Shown in pieces: positions 11,417 to 22,900 of a stretch of DNA of 64,000 nt (positions are counted from its first letter, which is position 1; each line of letters begins with the position of its first letter). Below the pieces are notes generated by a model that worked only from the letters and a program-made list of their open reading frames with translations, was not told the origin of the DNA and did no database searches. Made by a program: the position numbers and the translations under genes. Source of the DNA: Opitutaceae bacterium (GTDB lineage: Bacteria > Verrucomicrobiota > Verrucomicrobiia > Opitutales > Opitutaceae); contig JBGAGU010000002.1 in assembly GCA_044226505.1 (NCBI GenBank), positions 686,559-750,558 of the forward strand, read 5' to 3'.

Positions 11417-12163
11417 GTGAGCCGTGCAACCAGAGTTCTCGCGGCGGTGATGATGGCATTGTTGTTGGCGCTGGGTCTCTGGTTGTTGCGTCCCGTTCAC
11501 AGCTCGAAATCCATCACGGAAACACCCAGTCCGGAAATTGCTGCCAAGGCAAAGGTCGCCGAAGTGCCGGCCCAACCTGCTGCTTCCGCCGTCACGACGA
11601 TGCCTGGGACAGGTGAAGGCGGCAAAGCGATCCCCTTTCCCGCCGTCCCTGTGCCAGAACCTCTCACCGGCATCGGTCAAATCGCGCCCACGATCCGGGT
11701 CCAAGCGTGGAAAAATTTAGGGCGGGCCACAATCGGCTCCGCCATCCAATCTCAATTCCACGCCATCGCTACGGGCGACACCGACTACCTCCAGCAATCC
11801 ACGGTGCTTGATCCCGTTGCCCGGCGCGTGGTGGCCTCGATGCATGAGCAAACCTCGGCGAGCATCCGTGCACAATATCCCACGCCGGAGAGCTTCGCTG
11901 CGTTCCTTTTGGCAAGCCGTCCGGCCATGGAGGGATACATCCTCATGACCTCAACCCAGGAGTCTCCGGACGATGTCCGTGTTGCGGTCGGGACTTTGGC
12001 TGCAGGCGAAGGCAAATTTCGTGGTGAAAGACAGCAATTCCGTCGCGCATCCGACGGCACATTCCAACGCGTGATCGGGTCCGCCGAGCTCAGCTACTGG
12101 CGCGACATGCTGAAATGGGACAAGGAGCTATCGCGTTCGCGGGTCTGGACCGCCGCCAAGTGA
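11417..12163 (+). CDS. Hypothetical protein with N-terminal signal/anchor helix
   Basis: 248-aa ORF starting MSRATRVLAAVMMALLLALGLWLL. No recognisable family. Confidence 0.5.
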   Translation: MSRATRVLAAVMMALLLALGLWLLRPVHSSKSITETPSPEIAAKAKVAEVPAQPAASAVTTMPGTGEGGKAIPFPAVPVPEPLTGIGQIAPTIRVQAWKNLGRATIGSAIQSQFHAIATGDTDYLQQSTVLDPVARRVVASMHEQTSASIRAQYPTPESFAAFLLASRPAMEGYILMTSTQESPDDVRVAVGTLAAGEGKFRGERQQFRRASDGTFQRVIGSAELSYWRDMLKWDKELSRSRVWTAAK

Positions 12164-12332
12164 CCATCGCTTGATTCCCAAGACGGATAAGGACGTGTTC
12201 CGATCCGCAGCTTCCCCGAAACAATTCAATCTCATCGAGCACGGGGACGGGCAAATCGCACGCGTCGACCAATTTCAATCCGGCCTCCCCGCTGGCGAGA
12301 AGAGGTCGAAGCTTTTCCCACGCTGCCGCTCG

Positions 12333-12743
12333 TCACGCCGCCTCCTGCCCGCTCATGCGGGCGATGGCCGAGCGAAATTCGTCTGTCGCGAAGGGCTTCC
12401 CGAGGCGCGCGAGGCGGCGCTCGCGCAGGAAATTCTGGAAGTCCTCGTTCACGACGTCCCCGGTCATGAACACCACCCGCCACGCCGCCGCCTCGTTCCG
12501 CGCCCGCAGCTCCTCGTAGCACCGCCCGCCGTTCAGGCCGGGCGTGGCCGTGGCGGGCACCGGCAGCTCGATGCCTGTGTTCTCCTCGCCGCGCAGGCCG
12601 GCTCGGATGAGGTCGTCCGCCGCTTGGGCAAAATCGTCATTGGTGGCCGTCGCGCCGGGCGCCGGCGGGACATCGCGCACGCTCCCCACGATCGTTCCGG
12701 CCGCGTGCCGCACGTGGAAGAAAGAGCGCCGGCAGCGCTGCAT
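12333..12743 (-). pseudogene. Response-regulator receiver-domain remnant (C-terminal half recognisable, N-terminal phospho-acceptor region not)
   Basis: PGLNGGRCYEELRARNEAAAWRVVFMTGDVVNEDFQNFLRERRLARLGKPFATDEFRSAIARM matches the REC alpha3-beta4-alpha4-beta5 pattern (MPGxxG...vvfmTG...KPF). The first roughly 60 aa show no DD pocket. Confidence 0.35.
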
Positions 12744-12837
12744 TCAGGGCTCGGGACGATGCGTTCATTTCAGAACCTCACCCCAGCGCGGACGATAAAA
12801 GCCGCGAGACTATGCCTAGAAGCGCTCACACCCTACA

Positions 12838-12976
12838 GGCTGTCATGCACTTCTCGTAAGCGCGTGCGTGCAGCAGGGCAGGTCTGTGACCTGCCCTCGG
12901 CCACTCAGCGCGCGAAGGGCGGGTCAAAGACCCACCCCACCGCGGGCAGCCGCTGTCCACAAGTGCATGACAGTCC
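12838..12976. repeat. 139-nt structured element: 13-15 nt terminal inverted repeat enclosing two related GC hairpins (candidate ncRNA or MITE-like element)
   Basis: GGCTGTCATGCACTT (12838-12852) pairs with AAGTGCATGACAGTCC (12961-12976). Hairpin 1 is GGGCAGGTC-tgt-GACCTGCCC (12876-12896). Hairpin 2 is GGGCGGGTC-aaa-GACCCACCC (12917-12937). Confidence 0.4.
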
Positions 12977-13123
12977 CTCCGCGCGCGTCTTCAAAATTTT
13001 CTTTCATCTTGAGCGCAGCGAAAAATCTACGGCCACGAACGTGATGCCACCCTCGCGCACGTGGATTCTTCGCCGCGCCCAGAATGGCAATTGGGAAGCT
13101 GAAGGGGGCTTTGAAGCCACGCC

Positions 13124-15562
<2,439 letters not shown>

Positions 15563-16017
15563 TTAACTTTTGGACCATGCCTCAGCATTCAATTCACCTG
15601 ATTGGCGGAGCCGACTAAGAGACCGCCACTGTCATTACCGATGAGCGCGATGAGCTTTGTCACATCACATTTCGATTTCGTGAGCGCAGCGTTTCCGCGA
15701 GTGCAGCAGACTTCTTCGAGGCTCTTGCGCAGGTTCGGATTCAGTTAGAGCCAGACCACCTGATACCTTTCTGCTACGGCGCGAGCTTGAATGTGTTTCC
15801 CTCAGGTATGTCGCGCAGCATGGGGTCAGGACTGAAGGCGTATCGGCTGACCATGAAACGTCAGGCGCTCACAAAGGACTTAGTGTTTATCTTTGATTCA
15901 GGCCCGGATGTCATTCCGGCGTCCGTTACTCGACAGAAGGAGTATTTCGATAGCTGGATTGCATCACTCAAAGTCTAACCCGGAGGCAACGAACTCACCG
16001 CGGGCTGAAGCACCGCG

Positions 16018-18207
16018 CTACTTGCCCGACTCGATTTGCTGCAGCCACGCGCGCGCCTGCGTGTGATCGGGTTTTTGCTGGAGGGCGGTGCGCAGCGCAC
16101 GCAGGGCCTCGTCGCGGCGGCCGAGGCGCGCGAGGGCGAGGCCGAGGTTGGCGTGGGCGTCGGGATTCACGGGCTTGAGCGCGAGGGCACGCTGGAAGTT
16201 GTCCGCGGCCTCGGCGAATTTCTCCTGCCGGAGGAGGAGCGTGCCGGCTTGGAAAAACGCGAAACCGTCGCCGGGCTTCAGCTCGGCGGCGCGGCGGTAG
16301 TGGCGGATGGCGGCGTCAGGCTCGCCGAGCATGGCGCAGACGTTGCCGAGGTTGTTGAGCGCGCTGGCGTTGCCGGGCGCGAGGCGGAGCGACTGCTCGA
16401 GGCGGGCCTTGGCCTCGGCGGGGCGGCCCTGCATCGCGAGCACGACGGCGGAGCCGTTGAGGGCGTTGGCGTGATCGGGCTGGCGCGCGAGCACGAAGGC
16501 GTAGTGCTCCATCGCCTCGGGGAGCTGGCCGAGATCGGAGAGCGCGTTGGCGAGGTTGTTGCGCACCTCGAGGTGCTCCGGCTGCTGCGCGAGCGCGGCG
16601 CGATAATGCGGGATCGCCTCGGCGGGGCGGCCGATCTCGGCGAGGGCGTGGCCGAGGTTGTTGTTGGCGGTGAAGTAGCCGGGGTTGATCGCGAGCGAGG
16701 CGCGGTAGTCGGCGATGGCCTCGGCGATCTGGCCGGACTTGAAGAGGAAGAGGCCACGGTTGTCGTGCGCGATGTAGTTGCGCTCGGTCACCTGCAGCGC
16801 GTGGTCGAAGAGCGTGAACGAGTTTTTCCACACGCCGATCTGATTCCATGTGCGCGCGGCGCCGGCGAGGAGCACGACGCCCGCGACGGCGAGCCCCCAG
16901 CGTCGCGCACCGGGCGTGGCCGAAACGGCCCACGCGCGTGCCGTCCACAGCACCGCGATCTGCACGCCGAGCATCGGCAGGTAGGTGTAGCGATCGGCCA
17001 TTGCCTGGAGGCCGACCTGCACGAGCCCGATCACCGGCACGAGCATGCCGAGGAACCACAGCCAGCCGATCAGCACCCACGGCCGGCGGCGGCGCTGCCA
17101 GAGCGCGAGCGCCGTGAGCGCCACGACGATGACAAGGCAGGCGACGACCTTGCGCGCAGGCCACTCGCCCGGGTGCGGATAAATCGCCGCAAGGTCAAAG
17201 GGCCACGCGAGCTGGCCGAGGTAGCGCACGACGGAGACAAAGGCGTTGGCAAGGCGGTCCGGAAAACTGAGCGCCTGCGTCACTGAGCCGCCGCCGCGCT
17301 GGACGAGATACGTCACGTAGGATGAGGCGGCGGCGAGGGCGAAGAAGGGGATTTTTTCCAGGATGACGCCCGACAACGGCTCGCCTTTTTCACCGCCAAG
17401 CCGGCGCAGCGGCCAGACATCCAACAGCAGCAGCACGCACGGCAGCGTGACGAGCATGGGCTTGGCCATGAGGCCGAGGGCGAAAAACAGCATCGCCGCG
17501 CCATACCAGAGCCACGGGCGCCCGACGGCCTTTGGCCCGGTGGCGGAAGCCGTGACGCCTTTGGGGCTGCGGCCCGTCGCGACCGACGAAATGCTCACGC
17601 GCTCCGCCGCGGAAGAGATCGCCCGCGCGTAGCGCGCATACGCGAGCAGCGTCGCGAAGAAAAACAAACCGCTGAGCACATCCTTGCGCTCGGAGACCCA
17701 CGCGACCGACTCCACGCGCAGCGGATGCCACGCAAACCACGCGGCGCAGAGCGCGCTCGTCCCCAGCGCGCCCGTGAGCCGCCGCAGCGCGAGGAAGGCC
17801 AGCGCGGCATTCAGCGCGTGGAGCAGCACGCTCGTGGCGTGGTGGCCGCGGGGATCGTTGCCAAAGAGCGACGCGTCGAGCTGGTGCGAGAGCCACGTGA
17901 GCGGATGCCAGTTGGACTGCTCGCCCGAGCGCAACGCCCACGCGATGCCGTCGCCCGAGAGACCGGCCTGCACGTGCGGGTTCTCCGTCACATAGCCGGG
18001 GTCGTCGTAGTTGACGAAGTCGCCGCCGATGGCGCGGGAAAAGAGGAGGGCCGTCGCAACAAAGAGCCCGACGGCGAGCCACGCGGTCCAAGGCGAGGCG
18101 GTGACGGCCGGTGCCGCCGCGGGCGCCGCAGGGGAAGCATCCCGCGACGCCGATGAAGGCCGAGGGGGCTTTTCCGGAGGGGCGGGCGGCGAAGATTTTT
18201 TCTTCAT
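16018..18207 (-). CDS. Membrane protein with PMT/TMTC-like (DUF1736-type) glycosyltransferase-like N-domain and C-terminal TPR repeats
   Basis: ATG 18207 (MKKKSSPPAPPEK) lies within the 902-aa read-through ORF. It has many TM helices (NWHPLTWLSHQLD, RVESVAWVSERKDVLSGLFFF). These are followed by 8 or more TPR units (AIADYRASLAINPGYFTANNNLG and similar). Confidence 0.85.
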   Translation of the reverse strand: MKKKSSPPAPPEKPPRPSSASRDASPAAPAAAPAVTASPWTAWLAVGLFVATALLFSRAIGGDFVNYDDPGYVTENPHVQAGLSGDGIAWALRSGEQSNWHPLTWLSHQLDASLFGNDPRGHHATSVLLHALNAALAFLALRRLTGALGTSALCAAWFAWHPLRVESVAWVSERKDVLSGLFFFATLLAYARYARAISSAAERVSISSVATGRSPKGVTASATGPKAVGRPWLWYGAAMLFFALGLMAKPMLVTLPCVLLLLDVWPLRRLGGEKGEPLSGVILEKIPFFALAAASSYVTYLVQRGGGSVTQALSFPDRLANAFVSVVRYLGQLAWPFDLAAIYPHPGEWPARKVVACLVIVVALTALALWQRRRRPWVLIGWLWFLGMLVPVIGLVQVGLQAMADRYTYLPMLGVQIAVLWTARAWAVSATPGARRWGLAVAGVVLLAGAARTWNQIGVWKNSFTLFDHALQVTERNYIAHDNRGLFLFKSGQIAEAIADYRASLAINPGYFTANNNLGHALAEIGRPAEAIPHYRAALAQQPEHLEVRNNLANALSDLGQLPEAMEHYAFVLARQPDHANALNGSAVVLAMQGRPAEAKARLEQSLRLAPGNASALNNLGNVCAMLGEPDAAIRHYRRAAELKPGDGFAFFQAGTLLLRQEKFAEAADNFQRALALKPVNPDAHANLGLALARLGRRDEALRALRTALQQKPDHTQARAWLQQIESGK

Positions 18208-18656
18208 GCCGCCTTGCGCCGCCCAAGCGGCGCCTCCAGCAGCCGGCGGTAGGGCGCGCACCACAGGTAGAGCGACACCGCAAGCATCGCCCCCGACGTG
18301 TCGGCCACCCAGTCGGCAAACTCGCAGTTGCGCCCCGGCACGAAGCTCTGGTGCCACTCGTCGCTCGCCCCGTAGGCGGAGACGAGCAGCACGGCGGCGC
18401 CCGCCCCGCGCCAGCCGCCGCCCCCAAAGGCGCGCAACACCAGCGAGGCGAGCAGCCCGTAGGCGCAAAAGTGCGCGAGCTTGTCGTTGACCTGGATGCC
18501 CCCCGGCGCGGCGACCACGGAGCGGCTCGAGGCATGGAAGATCACCGCGGCCACGAGCAGCGGCCATCCCCAGCGGGCGATTCGCGCGGCACCGCGGCGA
18601 TTCCTCCCGCCGGCATCGGGCGGCGGCTCGGCGTTGGGCGGGCGGTGATCCGGCAT
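18204..18656 (-). CDS. VanZ family membrane protein
   Basis: 150-aa ORF with NDKLAHFCAYGLLASL and SDEWHQSFVPGRNCEFADWVADTSG. Its stop overlaps the downstream ATG (ATGA). Confidence 0.75.
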   Translation of the reverse strand: MPDHRPPNAEPPPDAGGRNRRGAARIARWGWPLLVAAVIFHASSRSVVAAPGGIQVNDKLAHFCAYGLLASLVLRAFGGGGWRGAGAAVLLVSAYGASDEWHQSFVPGRNCEFADWVADTSGAMLAVSLYLWCAPYRRLLEAPLGRRKAA

Positions 18657-18677
18657 TCCGGGCGGGAGCGGGGAAAA

Positions 18678-18754
<77 letters not shown>

Positions 18755-18969
18755 AACAAGGAGCGGTGAAGAAGACCTTCCCTGCACGATGACGCAAGTG
18801 CTATTTCGGGCCTGGAATGGTTGGAGCCGTGGCGCCTTCGCCGCGGCTCGGACCAAACGAGACGAAGGCGTCGCGTCCCCGGCTCCAATCCACCCGCCCT
18901 GCGAACCTGCCCGCCATTTTCTCCGTGCCCCGCGCGGCCCGCGTGGTTCATCGTGCGGCCTCATCTCCC

Positions 18970-19755
18970 ATGCAAATCGGCTTCTGCACCGACCCCGCCA
19001 CGCTCGCCTCCCTGCCCGCGCGCCCCGACTGCGACTTTATCGAGGGCCACGTCGTCAATTTCCTCCTGCCCGAGGCGCCCGACGCCGACTTCGCGCCGCA
19101 TGCCGCCGCGCTGGCCGCCTGCGGCTGCCCGATGCCCGCCGCCAACGTGCTCCTGCCCGCCGCGCTCAAGTGCAGCGGCCCCGACATCGACTACGCGCGC
19201 CTCGACCGCTACGCGCAGGTCGTCTTCCGCCGCTGCCAGCAAATCGGGATCAAGTTCATCGTCTTCGGCAGCGCCGGCGCGCGCATGGTGCCGCCGGGCT
19301 TCCTGATCTCCAAGGCGTTTGAGCAATACGTCGACATCCTGCGGCAGTTCGCGCCGCTCGCGGAGGAGAACGGCGTGACCCTCGTCGTCGAGCCGCTCAA
19401 CCGCGGCGAGTGCAACCTCGTCAACACCGTGCTCGAGGGCGCCGAGGCCGTGCGCCGCGCCAACCACAACGCGGTGAAGCTGCTCGTGGACATCTTCCAC
19501 ATGCTCCGCAACGGCGAGTCGCCCGACGACATCGTGAAGGTCGGCCCGCTCATCCGCCACGCGCACATCGCCGAAAACAAGGACCGCGCCGCCCCCGGCG
19601 TGAACGGCGAGAATCTCCGCCCCTACCTGCGCGCCCTGCGCAAGACCGGCTACAACGACCGCCTCGCCCTCGAGCCCATCTGGACCGATCTGCCGAATCA
19701 GATCGGCCCCGCGCTGAAGGAACTGCGCCGCCAGCTCGCGGACTCCGGGTATTGA
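18970..19755 (+). CDS. Sugar phosphate isomerase/epimerase (xylose isomerase-like TIM barrel)
   Basis: ATG 18970 (MQIGFCTD) in the frame of ORF 18817..19755. Shows LVVEPLNRGECNLVNT, LLVDIFHM and RHAHIAEN metal-ligand-type motifs. Confidence 0.8.
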   Translation: MQIGFCTDPATLASLPARPDCDFIEGHVVNFLLPEAPDADFAPHAAALAACGCPMPAANVLLPAALKCSGPDIDYARLDRYAQVVFRRCQQIGIKFIVFGSAGARMVPPGFLISKAFEQYVDILRQFAPLAEENGVTLVVEPLNRGECNLVNTVLEGAEAVRRANHNAVKLLVDIFHMLRNGESPDDIVKVGPLIRHAHIAENKDRAAPGVNGENLRPYLRALRKTGYNDRLALEPIWTDLPNQIGPALKELRRQLADSGY

Positions 19756-19954
19756 AGGGGCGCGTCGACCCCAACGCGCTTTTCATCCGCCCCGCATCGC
19801 CCCGCCCAGCGCGCCCTGGATCCCACGGCGGCTTGAGGTCAAGCCGCTCCGCCTTGAGCCGCGGCCTCTCGTCGGACTGAACGGCCTCGCGCACCCTCGC
19901 CTCGGGCCTCGCGCGCCTGCACGCTTGTCATCCACTTCCACCACGCCCCGCCCC

Positions 19955-22900
19955 ATGTGCCGTTCGCTTCTTCGCGCGTTGCGCTCGCCCGCCTTCCTCG
20001 CGCTCTTCGCGTGCGCCGTTCCCCTCCACGCCCAGCTCACTTGGAGCGTCTTCAACGAGACCACCACGACCCCCGCGCCCGCTTCCACCGCCTCGAATGG
20101 CGTCGCCCTCAGCGTGCCCGCGGGACAACGCGCCACGCTCGTCGCCAACAACCTCGCGCCGATCGATCTCACGCGCGACGGCACGGAGGCCTACGTCACG
20201 ATAAGCTTCAAGGTCTCGGGCGGCCTCTCCGGCATCGCCGCGGGCACGCGCGCGATCGGCTTCGGGTTGTTCAACCACAACGGCACCGCCGCCGACTACG
20301 CCGACGACGCCGGCTACTTCACGTGGCTCAACGGCCGCAACACCGGCAGCCTCATCGAGCAGCGCCGCCGGCTGGGCGACGGCACCTCGCCCTCGTTGCT
20401 CAATCCGACCGGCACCGCGTTCAACAACCTGTCCACCGGCCAAGCCTCGCCCACGCCCGGTTCGCTCAACGACGGCAACATCTACTCGCTCACGATCCAC
20501 CTCATGAGCCGCGGCGGCGCGATCTCGTTTGGCAATACCAGCGCCAACACGACCGGCGGGGGCGTCATCCTCGACGGCCCCGGCATCCGCGCGATCACGT
20601 TTTCCAATCCCGACGCGCCGGCCTCCGCCTTCGTCTTCAACGAAATCGGCTTCATGTTTCTCAACACGACGAACGCCGCGCAGACGCTCACGATCATCTC
20701 CGTCACCTCGTCGAGCAACTCCCTCGTCCCCATCAACCCTCCGGTCATCACCGCGCAGCCGGTCGCTACCAGCCTCAATCCCGGCCAAGCCGGCTCGCTT
20801 TCGGTCGGAGTCACGGGCACGCCGCCGCTTACCTACCAGTGGCGCAAGGACGGCGCGAATGTCGCCGGCGCCACCGGCGCGACGCTGAATTTTGCGAACG
20901 CCGCCGCTGGTGACGCCGGCAACTATTCCGTCGTCGTCACCAATGCCTACGGCTCCGTCACCTCGAGCGCCGCCGCCCTCAACGTCACCGTTTCGCCGAT
21001 CCCGCCGACGATCACGCAGCATCCGGCGTCCGCGACCGTGAATGTCGGCGACCGCGCGACGTTTTCCGCGGCGGGCTACGGCAGCGCGCCGCTCACGTTC
21101 CAGTGGGCGAAGAACGGCACCGACATCGCGGGCGCGACCGGCACGAGCTACACCATCGCGAGCGTCACCGCCGCCGACGCCGGCAGTTACACCGTGCGTC
21201 TCGCGAACAACGTGCCGACGCTCGTCGCCGTCGTCAGCAACCCCGCCGTCCTCGGCGTCAACACCGCGCCCGCCATCACCACGCAGCCCGCGAGCGTCAC
21301 GACCACCGCGGGGCAGAGCACGAGCTTCACCGTCGCCGCCACCGGCAGCCCCACGCCCATTTACCAATGGTCGCGCAACGGCTCCGCCCTCGCGGGCGCG
21401 ACCAACGCCACGCTCACCATCGCCAACGCCCAGCTCGCCGACACCGGCGTCTACACCGTCGCACTTATCAATGATGTCGGCTCCGTCACCAGCGCGCCCG
21501 CCGTGCTCGCGATTCCATCCACGATGGCTATCACGACGACCGCGCCCGCGGCGGTTGGCGCCGTCAACCTCGACGCGCCGCTCGCGCTCACGTTCGACCG
21601 CCCGCCAGTCGCAGGCCGCACGGGCCGCATCCGCGTCTTCAAGGCCAGCGACGACACCGTCGCCGACACGCTCGACCTCGGCGCAGCGCTCCAGCAGCGC
21701 ACCGTCGGCACCAACGCCACGCTCTACAATTTCATCCCCGTCACGATCAGCGGCAACACGGCGACCTTTTATATGCGCGTCACGCTCGCGCCCGGCACCG
21801 CCTACTATGCGCAGATCGAGCCAAGCGCGATCCTCGACAGCGCGGGTGGCTCGTTCACCGGCATCTCCGACAAGACCACGTGGCGTTTCACGACGAAGGC
21901 CGGCGGCCCCGCCAACCCCGCCGCCCTCACCGTCGCCGCCGATGGCTCCGGCGACTTCAACACCGTGCAGGGCGCGATTGATTCCGTGCCGGCCAACAAT
22001 GCCTCGCGCGTCGTCATCACCGTGAAGCGCGGCACCTACAACGAGCTCGTCTACCTCGGCGCCACGCGGCCCTTCATCACCATCCGCGGCGAGGACCGCG
22101 CGCAGACGATCGTCGGCTACGCCAACAACAACAATCTCAACGGCACGACGGCCACGCGCGCCGCCTTCAGCATCACCGCCAACGACACGATCCTCGAGAC
22201 GATCACCGTCCGCAACCCGACGTCGCAAGGCGGTTCGCAGGCCGAGGCGGTGTTCACCGGCGCGCAACGCGTGCTCCTGAGCCGCGTGAATCTCCGCAGC
22301 CGGCAGGACACGCTGCTCTGCGCCACCGGCACGTTGCTCGTCACCGACTCCTACATCGAGGGCAACACCGACTTCATCTGGGGCTCCGCCGCCGCGTATT
22401 TCAACCGCTGCGAGCTGCGCGGCCTCGACACCGCCGGGCAGGAGGGCTTCTACACGCAGTCGCGCACCGGCCAGAACCAGATCGGCTTCGTCTTCGTCGA
22501 GTGCCGGCTCACCGGCGAGCCCGCCGCGCGCAACTACTACCTCGGCCGCATCGATCCCAACCCGGGCAACTTCCCCTTCAGCCAAGCCGTGTGGATCGAC
22601 TGCGCGATGGGCCCGCACATCTTGCCCGTCGGCTGGCAGCTCAACAACGCCACCACGTCCGCCACCGTGCAGGAATGGGAATACCAAAGCACCGATCTCG
22701 CGGGCGCGACGCTCGACGTGCGCTCCCGCCACGCTTCCTCCCGACAAATCGACACCGCGACCGCCGCGCGGTATCGCGACCCGGCGTTCGTGCTCGGCGG
22801 CTGGAGCCCGCAGGTTGCGGCCGCGATCGAGGTGCCGCCCGCCGCGACCACGTTTCTCAACGGCTCCAACGCACATCTCACCGTGCAGGCCACGGGCTTC

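Noticed and set aside
15590-15745. A minus-strand fragment, ...DVTKLIALIGNDSGGLLVGSANQVN*, resembling the GNDSGPMHLA motif of GT9 heptosyltransferases.
   Set aside because: Only a five-residue match. The frame is closed by a TAA about 50 codons upstream and has no start codon. This is too weak to call even a pseudogene.
19828-19847. The palindrome GCGGCTTGA-gg-TCAAGCCGC, about 73 nt after the isomerase gene stop, considered as a possible terminator.
   Set aside because: The loop is only 2 nt (effectively an 8-bp stem) and no T-tract follows. It could equally be a protein-binding palindrome, so it is not reported as a feature.
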